Assembly (NCBI GenBank): GCA_021850485.1
Contig: JAJZLY010000008.1
Coordinates: 113,305 to 177,304, forward strand
Length of the DNA stretch: 64,000 nucleotides
Direction of reading: 5' to 3'
Source of the DNA: Bacillota bacterium
Lineage (GTDB): Bacteria > Bacillota > Sulfobacillia > JAJZYS01 > JAJZLH01
Below the pieces are notes generated by a model. It had not been told where the DNA came from. It ran no database searches and saw only the letters and a list, made by a program, of their open reading frames with translations. Positions 11,682-21,208 of this stretch are shown here, one piece after another; within the stretch, counting starts at the first letter, position 1; every line of letters starts with the position of its first letter. The translations under genes and the position numbers were made by a program.

Positions 11682-12680
11682 TCAGTCCCCCTTACCCAGA
11701 TCCACTGATGGCAGCTGGCCGGCGATGCGAAAGACGCCGCCAGCCGCCCGCCACAGTCGGTCGCGAATGGCGTGTCCGATGCCCTCAGCTGGCGGTGCGG
11801 CAACCACCAAGACGGTCGCCTTGGTCTCTAATTCTCGCATCGCCGCGAACAGCCCTGTCGCCATCGCCGCGCTGCTGGCAAAGCACCGTCCTGGCCACTT
11901 GGTCGGGCGTCGGTCGCCTACCCACACCAGCGCCGGCACCTCGCCCGCTTGCGCCAAGACCAGGGCCCACTCGTCGATCACCTGGGCCGCCGACTGATTC
12001 GGCCCGTCTACCAGCACCACCACCGGTATCGCCGGGCGGTAGTGCCGATAGCGGGTGCCAGGCGATGGCGCATGGCTGTCGCCAGCAGCGGTGGCCAACA
12101 CCCCATATGCGGCCAGCGCCTCTGGCGAGATGGCGCCGGGGCGCAAGATCACCGGCACCTTCGCACTCAGGTCGACCACGGTGGACTCCAGGCCAACCGT
12201 GGTCGGCCCCCCGTCCAAAATCAGCCCTACCAGCCCGGCCAGCTCGGCTGCGACATGTTGGGCGGTGGTGGGGCTCGGCCGGCCAGACAGGTTGGCCGAT
12301 GGAGCGGCCAACGGCCGCTCACTTAGGGCGATCAACTGGCGGGCCACCGGATGGGCCGGCGCCCTCAAGGCGATGGTGCCGCCGCCTTGGCGGGAGCGCA
12401 CCACCAGAGTGATCGGCCCCGGCCAAAAGGCCTCGGCCAGCCGCTGGCCCAAGGGGCCCAGATCACCCAACGCAGACGCCTGCGCCGCATCCAGGACATG
12501 AACAATCAACGGGTTGTCAGCTGGCCGCCGCTTGACGGCGAAGATGCTGGTGCAGGCAGCCACGTCCAAGGCGTTGGCCGCCAGGCCGTAGACCGTCTCG
12601 GTCGGCATGCCAACCAGCCGTCCGGCCCGGATCAACCCGGCCGCCAGGGCCAGTGCCTGGGCGGTGGGAGCTGCCACCAC
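11682..12680 (-). CDS. sua5: L-threonylcarbamoyladenylate synthase (Sua5/YwlC)
   Basis: PTETVYGL, KRRPADNPLIVH, APSANLSG, SPG..YRHY; start approximate, placed just after the prmC stop. Confidence 0.92.
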   Translation of the reverse strand: MVAAPTAQALALAAGLIRAGRLVGMPTETVYGLAANALDVAACTSIFAVKRRPADNPLIVHVLDAAQASALGDLGPLGQRLAEAFWPGPITLVVRSRQGGGTIALRAPAHPVARQLIALSERPLAAPSANLSGRPSPTTAQHVAAELAGLVGLILDGGPTTVGLESTVVDLSAKVPVILRPGAISPEALAAYGVLATAAGDSHAPSPGTRYRHYRPAIPVVVLVDGPNQSAAQVIDEWALVLAQAGEVPALVWVGDRRPTKWPGRCFASSAAMATGLFAAMRELETKATVLVVAAPPAEGIGHAIRDRLWRAAGGVFRIAGQLPSVDLGKGD

Positions 12681-12685
12681 TGACG

Positions 12686-13501
12686 CTAGGCGCTCTTGCG
12701 TAACACCACCACCCGCGGGTGGCCGGCCAAGTCGCTGTGCACGCTGGCCGTGGCCTGCAGCACAGCGGCCGCGAGGGCCGCCACCGCCTTGGCCTGACCC
12801 GCCCCCACCTCCAGCAGCAGCTGGCCGCCCGGTGCCAAGGTCTCCGCTGCCTGGGCGATCAGGCGCCGGAGATGGCTGAGTCCATCGGCTCCACTCCACA
12901 CGGCGTCTGGCGGCTCACGGTGCACCTCTTGGTCGACGGCCTGACCCCGACCGACATATGGCAAATTGGCCACGACCAAGGACATCTGCAGATGGCGCAT
13001 GCGCACTGGGGTCAGCAGGTCCCCCCACCACCAGTGTACCGCCGGCGCCAGCCGCTCGCCGTTTTCGCGGGCGATCTCCAGGGCTGGCCGCGACCGGTCG
13101 GTGCCGACCACCTGCCAATTCGGGTGCAGGCGGCTGAGTCCGATGGCCAATGCGCCCGAGCCAGTGCCCACGTCGACCGCCCACGCTCCTGGTTTCAGGA
13201 CGATCTGCTCGCTCAGCTCCAAGAGCAGTTCGCTCTCCGGCCTCGGACACAGCACGCTCGGGCTAACCGTGAGTTCCATGTCCCAGAAGGCGGCCCGTCG
13301 GCGCAGGTAGGCCAGCGGCCAGCCTTGAGACCGGCGGCGGATCAACTGGCGGCAGAGCTGGACTTGGGGCCAGGTCAGTACTCGCTGGCGATCGCGACTC
13401 GGCCCGAAGCCGGCCTCGGCCAAGACGTGGCCGACAATCAGGCGGGCGTCGCGCACCGCCACCCGGTGACTGGCCTCTGCGATCATCGCCTGACTGGTCA
13501 C
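12686..13501 (-). CDS. prmC: Release factor glutamine methyltransferase
   Basis: PRPESE, DVGTGSG, NLPY (variant of NPPY); follows prfA. Confidence 0.92.
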   Translation of the reverse strand: MTSQAMIAEASHRVAVRDARLIVGHVLAEAGFGPSRDRQRVLTWPQVQLCRQLIRRRSQGWPLAYLRRRAAFWDMELTVSPSVLCPRPESELLLELSEQIVLKPGAWAVDVGTGSGALAIGLSRLHPNWQVVGTDRSRPALEIARENGERLAPAVHWWWGDLLTPVRMRHLQMSLVVANLPYVGRGQAVDQEVHREPPDAVWSGADGLSHLRRLIAQAAETLAPGGQLLLEVGAGQAKAVAALAAAVLQATASVHSDLAGHPRVVVLRKSA

Positions 13502-14577
13502 TGCACGGCCGCCTCATCCTCAAATCGGTTCAAGCTGTCGATCAGCTCGGTCAGATCGCCGTCTAACACCTCGGCCAAGTGGTAGAGGGTGAGGCCGATG
13601 CGATGGTCTGTGACCCGGCCCTGAGGGAAATTGTAGGTGCGGATCCGCTCGCTGCGGTCGCCGGTGCCGACCTGGCTCTTGCGGGTAGAGGCCGTCGCTT
13701 CCTGCTGCGCCGACGACGCCTGCTCGAACAGCCTGGCCCGCAGGACCCGCATCGCCTTGTCCCGGTTTTTGTGCTGGGAGCGCTCGTCCTGGCAGGTCAC
13801 GACCATGCCGGTGGGCAGGTGCACGATGCGGATCGCGGAGTCGGTCTTGTTCACGTGCTGACCGCCAGCGCCAGACGCCCGGTGGCTCTCGATGCGTAAC
13901 TCCTCTGGCCGGATCACAATCTCCACCTCTCCCGGCTCCGCCAGCACCGCCACCGTCGCGGTCGAGGTGTGGATGCGACCTTGGGCCTCTGTTTCCGGGA
14001 CCCGCTGCACCCGGTGGACGCCGCTCTCGTGGCGCAGCTGGTGGAAGGTGCCGCGGCCCTTGACCGACAAAATGCCCTCGCGCACGCCACCGATCTGATT
14101 TTCCGCCAGTTCCAACACCTCGTAGCGCCAGCCCTGGCGTTCGGCGAAGCGGCTGTACATGCGCAGCAAATCGGCTGCGAACAGGGCGGCCTCGTCGCCG
14201 CCGGTGCCGGCCCGTACCTCCATGATCACATCGTGGTTCTCCCTGCGGTCGGCCGGCATCATCAGCGCCCGCCACTGAGCCTCAGCGGCTCTAAGCGCCA
14301 CGCTGAGCCGGGCGGACTCCTCTTGGGCCAGCTCGGCCAGTTCCAGGTCGCTGCCATCGGCGGCCAGTTGCTCCGCCTCGGCCAGGCCCTGGCGCAAGTC
14401 GGCAAGCGTGTCCCACAGGGCGATCTGTTCGGAGATCTCAGCCAGCTCGCGGCCAAGCTGGGCCGTTTGGTCCTGGTCATCCCAGGCCCCCGGCTGGCCC
14501 AGGGTGTGTTCGATCTCGGCTCGTCTGGCCCGCAGGGCCTCGATCCGCTCGGAAAACGGTACGCCGGTCTCGTTCAC
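13498..14577 (-). CDS. prfA: Peptide chain release factor 1
   Basis: GGQ motif, PET specificity tripeptide, [17 protein letters not shown]. Confidence 0.98.
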   Translation of the reverse strand: MNETGVPFSERIEALRARRAEIEHTLGQPGAWDDQDQTAQLGRELAEISEQIALWDTLADLRQGLAEAEQLAADGSDLELAELAQEESARLSVALRAAEAQWRALMMPADRRENHDVIMEVRAGTGGDEAALFAADLLRMYSRFAERQGWRYEVLELAENQIGGVREGILSVKGRGTFHQLRHESGVHRVQRVPETEAQGRIHTSTATVAVLAEPGEVEIVIRPEELRIESHRASGAGGQHVNKTDSAIRIVHLPTGMVVTCQDERSQHKNRDKAMRVLRARLFEQASSAQQEATASTRKSQVGTGDRSERIRTYNFPQGRVTDHRIGLTLYHLAEVLDGDLTELIDSLNRFEDEAAVQ

Positions 14578-14647
14578 GGCCGCTCCCTCCCCTCAGGGAC
14601 GCGAAGGGAGGACGCCCGAAAGGACGTCCTCCGGGTAGGCGGTGCGG

Positions 14648-14845
14648 CTAAAGACCGTACTTTTTCTTGAACTTCTCCACCCGGCCGGCTGCGTCCAGAA
14701 TCTTCTGGGTGCCGGTGAAGACCGGATGGCAGGCGGCGCACACGTCGACCCGGATGTTCGCTTTGGTGGAGCCCACATTGTAGACCGCGCCGCAAGCGCA
14801 GGTGATGGTGGTCTTCTGATAACTGGGATGGATTCCGGCCTTCAC
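14648..14845 (-). CDS. rpmE: 50S ribosomal protein L31 (zinc-binding type)
   Basis: MKAGIHP, CACG...CAACHP, GRVEKF. Confidence 0.97.
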   Translation of the reverse strand: MKAGIHPSYQKTTITCACGAVYNVGSTKANIRVDVCAACHPVFTGTQKILDAAGRVEKFKKKYGL

Positions 14846-14922
14846 GGGGTCTCACCTCATCTTGAAATTTCGGTGCAAGGGGCATTGTACCACACCAGGC
14901 CCAGATGCCGGTCACGTCTTGC

Positions 14923-15852
14923 CTAGGCTTGTGTCGATGGGTAGCGGGAGTGGATGCGGCGTACGGTTTGGGCGTTGCCGTCGATCACCAGTGAGTGCAC
15001 CCAGATCGACTGCCCGACCACCGTGGGCCGGTCCAGCTGCCAGCCGCCGGTCACGGAGGTGGCGCAAAAGACGCCGTGCCTGCTGACCACGTCCTTGACG
15101 GCGAGCACCCGACCGGGCTTGAGCCCCAGGCTGGCCATCGCCGCCAGGTCGTCTTTGCCTTCGGGCAGCAGCCGCCCCTCAAAGACACCACCCAGGGCGG
15201 CGATGGCGACCGCTGCCAGCACGCCCTCGGGGGCGCCGCCCGAGCCCAGCACCAAGTCGACGTCGCTGCCGTCAATCGCCGCCAGCACCGACGGCATCAC
15301 ATCTCCGTCTGAGATCAAGCGCAGTCTGGCCCCGGCCCGCAGCACGCCCTCCATCAGGCTCAGGTGGCGGTCGCGATCGAGCATCACCACCACCACCTGC
15401 GACACGTCCTTGCCCAGGCCGCGGGCGACCTCGGCCACCATCTCCTCCACCGGCTGGTCGAGGGACAGGCGGCCGCGGCAGGCAGGCGGCCCAGCCAGTC
15501 GCTGCATCATCATGTCAGGCGCCTCGAGCAGGCTCTGCGGCGGGCCGGCGGCAATCACACAGACTGCTCCGGGCTGGTTTTTGGCTGTGAGGTTGGTGCC
15601 CTCCAGGGGGTCGACGGCGATATCCATCCGCCGCCTGCCCCGGCCCACTTCCTCACCCCGATAAAGCATCGGCGCTTCGTCCATCTCGCCCTCGCCGATC
15701 ACCACCCGGCCCCGGATCGGAGCCTTGCCTAGCACTTGGCGCAGTGTGCTGACGGCGGCTTGGTCGGCTGCCACCTTGTCCCGCTTGCCGACCAGCGGCC
15801 AGACCGCGATCGCCGCCTGCTCGGTGGCTGCCAGCAGATCCTCGGCGATCAT
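14923..15852 (-). CDS. glpX: Fructose-1,6-bisphosphatase class II
   Basis: VIGEGEMDEAPML, DPLEGT, DGDV, GGAPEGV. Confidence 0.95.
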   Translation of the reverse strand: MIAEDLLAATEQAAIAVWPLVGKRDKVAADQAAVSTLRQVLGKAPIRGRVVIGEGEMDEAPMLYRGEEVGRGRRRMDIAVDPLEGTNLTAKNQPGAVCVIAAGPPQSLLEAPDMMMQRLAGPPACRGRLSLDQPVEEMVAEVARGLGKDVSQVVVVMLDRDRHLSLMEGVLRAGARLRLISDGDVMPSVLAAIDGSDVDLVLGSGGAPEGVLAAVAIAALGGVFEGRLLPEGKDDLAAMASLGLKPGRVLAVKDVVSRHGVFCATSVTGGWQLDRPTVVGQSIWVHSLVIDGNAQTVRRIHSRYPSTQA

Positions 15853-16511
15853 GTCTGCGGGTTGGCCTGCTTCCAGTCGGAGAGAAACTTCTCGATGCCG
15901 GCATCGGTCAGCGGGTGGCGAAACAGCTGCTTGAGCACGGAAAACGGGCAGGTGGCGATGTCGGAACCGGCCAGGGCTGCCCGTTCGATGTGCACCGGAT
16001 GGCGGATGGAGGCGGCGATGATCTCAGCCCGCCGCTGCTCTGGCATGAAGCTGTAGTCAAACACATCGCGGATGGTTTGGACCAACTGGATGCCGTCTTG
16101 GCCGATGTCGTCCAGGCGGCCGACAAACGGCGACACGTAGCGGGCCCCGGCCAACGACGCCATCAGGGCCTGGTTGGCCGTGAAGATCAAGGTGACGTTG
16201 GTGTCGATGCCAAGCGCGGTCAAGGCGGCGCAGGCCGCCAACCCTGCTGGCGTGATCGGCAATTTGACCACCACATTCTCGTCCAGGTCAGCGAGTCTCT
16301 TGCCCTGTTCCACCATCGCCGGCGCCTCGGTGGCGGTCACCTCGGCCGAGACCGGCGCTTGCACCACCTGGCAGATGTCGCGCACCCGTTGGTGAAAGTC
16401 TGCTCCCTCTTTGGCCACCAGGCTGGGGTTGGTGGTGACGCCGGAGATGATGCCCCAGGAATGGGCCTCTCGAATTTCGTCCAAGTTGGCCGAGTCGATG
16501 AACAACCGCAT
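15849..16511 (-). CDS. tal: Transaldolase (short FSA/TalC family)
   Basis: GVTTNPS, Schiff-base Lys in VVVKLP; SAEV and SPFVGR favour transaldolase over FSA. Confidence 0.9.
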   Translation of the reverse strand: MRLFIDSANLDEIREAHSWGIISGVTTNPSLVAKEGADFHQRVRDICQVVQAPVSAEVTATEAPAMVEQGKRLADLDENVVVKLPITPAGLAACAALTALGIDTNVTLIFTANQALMASLAGARYVSPFVGRLDDIGQDGIQLVQTIRDVFDYSFMPEQRRAEIIAASIRHPVHIERAALAGSDIATCPFSVLKQLFRHPLTDAGIEKFLSDWKQANPQT

Positions 16512-16515
16512 GCGC

Positions 16516-16971
16516 TCACCCTTCCTTTCCGGGATCTGCGATCGGGTCGGAATCAACCATCCGGCGGCCCCTTTGGCCAGCCCCCAAACTGCCGCCGACC
16601 AGGCCGACCACGCCGGCGAACAATGCGGTCAGCAGCACCGCGAGCAAGACCGCTGTCAGCTTCGCCCCACCGCTGAGCAGAATCCTGGTCGGGGCGATCA
16701 CGTAGAGTTCAGGAACGGCCGTCAGCAGTGCGAAGAAAGCTCCGGCGAGCACACCGGCCAGGGCGCCCCACACCGCCGACCCACTTTGGCGGCCAAGTCG
16801 CCAGCCGAGCCAGCCGAAGACCGCCAGTCCCGCCAGCGGCTGTGCGGCGCTGAGCACGCCGACCCAGTTGCCGGGGAAGGCCGAAGTCAATAGGGTGAGT
16901 GCCCATGATGCCATGGCCAGCAGCAGGCCAGTGAACAGAGCGATCCGAACCACCAGTCGCAAGCCTGCCAT
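16516..16971 (-). CDS. Hypothetical membrane protein (about 4 TM)
   Basis: Hydrophobic ORF with AAGGAG RBS, co-oriented with tal. Confidence 0.7.
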   Translation of the reverse strand: MAGLRLVVRIALFTGLLLAMASWALTLLTSAFPGNWVGVLSAAQPLAGLAVFGWLGWRLGRQSGSAVWGALAGVLAGAFFALLTAVPELYVIAPTRILLSGGAKLTAVLLAVLLTALFAGVVGLVGGSLGAGQRGRRMVDSDPIADPGKEG

Positions 16972-17065
16972 CTCCTTAAAGTGCGCTCCGGTTCAGCGGT
17001 TCGCTTCCTGCGGTTGAGGCTATGCGATAATGAGGCCCGACACAAGCCAGCGAAGGGGCAAGGCC

Positions 17066-18676
17066 GTGTCTCGGAACCAAGCGACCAAGACAGCCCTGGT
17101 ATCGGCGGCAGCCCTCGTTGGCTCCGCCCTATTCGTATCCCGCATCCTTGGGTTCTTCCGCAACTCGGTGATCGCGGCCTTGTTCGGCCAAAACAACATC
17201 ACCGACGCCTACAACACAGCCTATCTGTTCCCAGACACCCTGTATCTGATCTTGATCGGCGGTGCCGTGTCCTCGGCCTTCATTCCGGTGATCGCCCGCT
17301 ACATCCACGAGCAGCAGGAAGATGAGGCCTGGCGGGTGGTCTCGATCGCCTTCTCGGTGACCCTGGTCGGGATGTCCGCCATCATCCTGCTCGGCCTGAT
17401 CTTCGCTCCGGTCTTCGTCAAGCTGATCGCCCCCGGTTTCGGACCGGCCAAGTTCGCCTTCACCGTCATGCTCACCCGGATCACCATCTTGGCCATCTTA
17501 TTTCACAGCCTGAACGGGGTGCTGATCGGCACCGAGTTCTCGTACAACACCTTCTTGGCCACATCCATCGGGCCGCTGGTGTACAACACCACGATCATCG
17601 TGATGGGCGTGACATTGGCTCCGCGCCTGGGCATCGTAGCCTTCGCCTGGGCCACCGTGGTCGGTGCCTTCTTGAATTTCCTGATCCAGCTGTGGGGCAC
17701 CTGGCGGCTCAAACCCAAGTTCACCTGGTCTTTGGACATCCGCCACCCGGGTGTGCGGCGGATTGGCCGCCTGATGCTGCCGGTGATGATCGGGCTGTCC
17801 ATCGCCCAGATCAACTTGCTGTTCAACCAGATCTTCTTGGCCTCGCTGTTGCCAGGCGGCACCATCAACGCCCTGGTGATCAGTTCGCGGATCATGCTGG
17901 TGCCGATCCTGGTCGCCACGTCGATCGGCATCGCCCTGCTGCCCAGTCTGACCAGGGAGGCGGTGCGCCAGGACCATGACGCCTTTCGCGGCTTGTTCAC
18001 CGAGGCGATGCGGGCGGTCTTCTTCGTGTCCATTCCGGCCTCTGTCGCTCTGATCATTCTGGCCCACCCGCTGATCCGCATCTTGTTCCAACACGGTGCC
18101 TTCACCGACGAAGCCACGACCGTGACGGCCGGGGCGCTGCTGTTTTACTCCATCGGCATCGTCGGCTACGGCACCTATGAGATCATCAGCCGGGCCTTTT
18201 TTGCGATGGAGGACACCACTACTCCGTTGAAGACCGGGCTGGTCAGCGTCGGCATCGGGTTGGTATTGAACCTGATCCTGATCCGGCTGTTTTCCTTTCG
18301 CGGCCTGGCCTTGGCCTTTTCACTGACCGGCTTTTTGAACGCCGGCATCTTACTGTGGGCCCTGCGCCGGCGGATGGGCCGGCTGGGCGGGCTGAGGCTG
18401 TGGGACGCCACCTGGCGGACGTCGCTCGCCACCTTGGCGATGGCGGCGGTGTTGCTGACCGGTGGGTTGGCCATCGCCCACAATGTGGTGATCGGACCGC
18501 CGATCGTGGCCGACCTGATCCAGTTGCTAGTCCCGATTGCGATCGGCATGACCGCCTTCGTGGCGGTCGCCCGCTGGCTGAAGATGCCCGAGTTGTCCTT
18601 GGTCTTTGGCATCGTGCGCAGGAGGCTGCGGCCCGGCCACGCCCGCGCTACAGCCGATCAGGGCGGACCGCAGTAG
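17066..18676 (+). CDS. murJ: Lipid II flippase MurJ (MviN family)
   Basis: SRILGFFR, AFIPV, FQHGAFT, RAFFAMEDTTTP; many TM segments; start 17030 or 17066. Confidence 0.93.
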   Translation: MSRNQATKTALVSAAALVGSALFVSRILGFFRNSVIAALFGQNNITDAYNTAYLFPDTLYLILIGGAVSSAFIPVIARYIHEQQEDEAWRVVSIAFSVTLVGMSAIILLGLIFAPVFVKLIAPGFGPAKFAFTVMLTRITILAILFHSLNGVLIGTEFSYNTFLATSIGPLVYNTTIIVMGVTLAPRLGIVAFAWATVVGAFLNFLIQLWGTWRLKPKFTWSLDIRHPGVRRIGRLMLPVMIGLSIAQINLLFNQIFLASLLPGGTINALVISSRIMLVPILVATSIGIALLPSLTREAVRQDHDAFRGLFTEAMRAVFFVSIPASVALIILAHPLIRILFQHGAFTDEATTVTAGALLFYSIGIVGYGTYEIISRAFFAMEDTTTPLKTGLVSVGIGLVLNLILIRLFSFRGLALAFSLTGFLNAGILLWALRRRMGRLGGLRLWDATWRTSLATLAMAAVLLTGGLAIAHNVVIGPPIVADLIQLLVPIAIGMTAFVAVARWLKMPELSLVFGIVRRRLRPGHARATADQGGPQ

Positions 18677-18722
18677 GCGCTGGGACCCGGGTGCCAACGC
18701 CAGCCAGGATTCTGGCGCTCCC

Positions 18723-19130
18723 TTACTCCGGAGCAGCTGCGCCTGCCGCCAGCAGATGGCGGTCGAAGGAAAAAACTCTCCGTTGCGCCAGTGCGGCTAT
18801 CAGCAGGGCGTCAACCCAGTCCACAGTCGTGCCGGCATAGATCTGCAACGCCTGCAGCACACCCGGCAGATCATCGATCTCAATGCCGGTCATGGTCAGA
18901 AACTGACTGAGGACACGGGTGATGTCAGTTCTGGCCAGGCCCAGCCCATGGGGTGAAGCGGCGACGTAGACCACCTCGGCCAAAATGGCTGGATGGACCT
19001 GGACGCGCAACTCGCCCAGTTGCGCCCGTTCGAACAACGCCTCAGCCGCCCGGGCTTGTCCTTCCGGACGGCCGTCCAAGAAGCGCAGGATCACATTGGC
19101 GTCCATTAAGCAGACCTCAGCTGTCTTCAC
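18723..19130 (-). CDS. PIN-domain (VapC) toxin
   Basis: DANVILR...LAEVVY...DWVDA...SFD PIN acidic residues; overlaps the upstream antitoxin. Confidence 0.88.
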   Translation of the reverse strand: MKTAEVCLMDANVILRFLDGRPEGQARAAEALFERAQLGELRVQVHPAILAEVVYVAASPHGLGLARTDITRVLSQFLTMTGIEIDDLPGVLQALQIYAGTTVDWVDALLIAALAQRRVFSFDRHLLAAGAAAPE

Positions 19131-19383
19131 GCAGGCTCTCCCTGTAGGCATCGGCCAGTTCTCGCTGGCGGGTCTGACGCAGCGCATCCAAGCTCGGCTG
19201 CGCCAGCGCAGACTGAAACGCGCCTCTCAGCTGCGATGGTGTCATCGACGGAACCGCGACCAGGTGTACCGACTGTGCCGTCAGGTCAAACCCGATGCGG
19301 TCTCCGGGCAAAACCCCCAGCGCCTCTCGCACCGCCTTCGGAATGTTGACTTGGCCGTTGGCGCTAACCTTGGCAGTGATCAT
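19117..19383 (-). CDS. AbrB/MazE/SpoVT-family antitoxin
   Basis: KVSANGQVNIPKAVREALGVLPGD. Confidence 0.9.
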   Translation of the reverse strand: MITAKVSANGQVNIPKAVREALGVLPGDRIGFDLTAQSVHLVAVPSMTPSQLRGAFQSALAQPSLDALRQTRQRELADAYRESLREDS

Positions 19384-19572
19384 CCGTGGCGTGCCTCCCC
19401 GCTCTTTATCCTACTGACTATACTTTATTCTCTTTGCAGAACTTTGTGTAGGGCAGACCGTCTTGCGGCCGGCGACGCGCCGAACAAAACCCGGCCATGC
19501 GGGCCCGGTGGGGGCGCCGGAGTGCGGGTCCAGGCGCATCAAGCGCAGACAGGCACCACCCAGGGCCGAGGG

Positions 19573-19749
19573 TCAGCCGAGCAACTGATTGGGCGTCAGG
19601 ATGCGGGCGATTTCGTCGTCGATCAGATTGATCTTGCGATACGCCTCGTTGCGGTCATTGGGTTTGAGCTCAGCTGCTCGCCGGCGCAGAGTCTCCTTCT
19701 TCCGCTCCAACTCTGCCACCCGAGCCTGAATGTCTAGCGGAAAGTTCAT
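19573..19749 (-). CDS. Small charged coiled-coil protein (58 aa)
   Basis: GGAGG RBS before ATG 19749; MNFPLDIQARVAELERKKETLRRR... Confidence 0.6.
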   Translation of the reverse strand: MNFPLDIQARVAELERKKETLRRRAAELKPNDRNEAYRKINLIDDEIARILTPNQLLG

Positions 19750-19829
19750 CGCTCTGCCTCCCTGGCGTTCGTTTGCGGTGCCATCGTGTTGAGTCCACCT
19801 TAGACTGCCGAAGCGCTTGAGACAAGGCG

Positions 19830-20663
19830 TCACTTGCCTTGCTCGAGAGCCAGGGCTGCTGCCTGCGCGTGCGGGTCCGCCACCGGCGACAGCACGCCGG
19901 TCAATTCCGCTGACCAGGCTCTAGCCACGTCGGCTGGCACCACCAGCCACTGGTCGCCGCTCGTGAAGTGCAAGACGGCGCCTGGCACCACCTCGGCGCT
20001 CACGGCCGGACCCTCGCCCCACAGCCGCACCTCTGCGATCAAGGTGCTCCAAGGCAACGTGCCCGTGGTGTTGGCCCACACGCTTTCGGCGAAAAGCGGT
20101 GCCTTCAGCCATTGGCCGGCACTGCCCACCTGCGCCAAAAGCGCCACCGTGCTGGCCACGGCGGCGGAACTGCCGGATCCCGCTGCCACCTGCCAGCTGG
20201 CTACCACCTGGGCACCGCTCTCGGCCGTGGTGCCGACGCGCACGCCGCCCAACTGGTCGATCTCGGACGCCAGCGCCGGCAGAGGCATCACGGCGACCGG
20301 CACAGATGGCAGGCGGACTAATGCAGCGACCGTCTCGGCCAGCAGGCGGGTGCCACCGAAGGTATAGGCTCGGCCGATCTGCTGTGCCCCATAGCCGCTG
20401 AGCGTGACCCGGGTATCCGGCGGGATGATCAGCACGCTGGTGCGCCCGGCCTGATGGTTGACCAGCAACAAGACGGCGGCCACCTGGACCACGCCACTTG
20501 GCCCTGGCGCCGGCAGCGTGCCGACCACCAGCACGGTGGGCGGCAGTGCAACTTTGGGCAGGTGGCTCAGTACAATCAGGCCGCGGTGGATGGCAAACCC
20601 GGCGATCAGCATGATCACGGTCCCGATCAAAAGCCCCCGGCCCTGGCGGCGGCGCCGGCTCAT
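19830..20663 (-). CDS. LytR-CpsA-Psr (LCP)-like protein with degenerate active site
   Basis: Basic N-terminus plus TM; VLVVG, SVLIIPPDTRV, AYTFGG..L..TV..L, IDQLGGV.V resemble LCP; ATGA overlap with the upstream gene. Confidence 0.75.
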   Translation of the reverse strand: MSRRRRQGRGLLIGTVIMLIAGFAIHRGLIVLSHLPKVALPPTVLVVGTLPAPGPSGVVQVAAVLLLVNHQAGRTSVLIIPPDTRVTLSGYGAQQIGRAYTFGGTRLLAETVAALVRLPSVPVAVMPLPALASEIDQLGGVRVGTTAESGAQVVASWQVAAGSGSSAAVASTVALLAQVGSAGQWLKAPLFAESVWANTTGTLPWSTLIAEVRLWGEGPAVSAEVVPGAVLHFTSGDQWLVVPADVARAWSAELTGVLSPVADPHAQAAALALEQGK

Positions 20664-21208
20664 CGCTCCACCGCAGCCAAGGCTGCGAGCGCAGCACCAA
20701 GATCCGGGCCCACACCCACCTCGGCAAGCGTGCACTGGGCCACGGTGGTGGTGATCAGATCCAGTCGAGACAAGGGCGCCACCACCGCCAGGCGAAGCGG
20801 TACCACCTCTTGACCGTATTCCCGGTAGCGCCACCACTTGTGGCGGAGCACGGTGCCAGACTCTGTGCCCAGGTCCACCTCCACAGCCACTGGCATACCG
20901 CCCAGGTGGAGCAAGGCGTCCGGGTCGAGACTACGCGCACCGCCCGCTGGCGACCGATAGGGCAGGCGTGGCTCCACCGTCACCGCTTCGGGCGGGTGGC
21001 CGAGCGCCACCATGTCGACCAGCAGCTGGGCCACAGCCAGCTGATGCGCGAGCAGCCGGGGCAGGGGACCGCGACACCACAGCCGATGCGATCTCCGATA
21101 GGTGAAGCCAGCCCTCTTCAGGTCCTGGCAAGAGGGGGCCCACCGCCCCAATTTGCGCCTTTGGCCAGCGCTGATCAGCCCCAGTGCGGCCACTGCCTCA
21201 GGCACCAC
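20660..21208 (-). CDS. Replication-relaxation (Replic_Relax) family nuclease
   Basis: LAHQLAVAQ, PDALL and VEVDLGTES..L..K..RY motifs. Confidence 0.78.
   Translation of the reverse strand: MVPEAVAALGLISAGQRRKLGRWAPSCQDLKRAGFTYRRSHRLWCRGPLPRLLAHQLAVAQLLVDMVALGHPPEAVTVEPRLPYRSPAGGARSLDPDALLHLGGMPVAVEVDLGTESGTVLRHKWWRYREYGQEVVPLRLAVVAPLSRLDLITTTVAQCTLAEVGVGPDLGAALAALAAVER

Noticed and set aside
14607-14632. Hairpin between rpmE and prfA as a terminator or ncRNA
   Set aside because: The stem is real but has no U-tract; most likely an ordinary mRNA-stabilising or processing hairpin.
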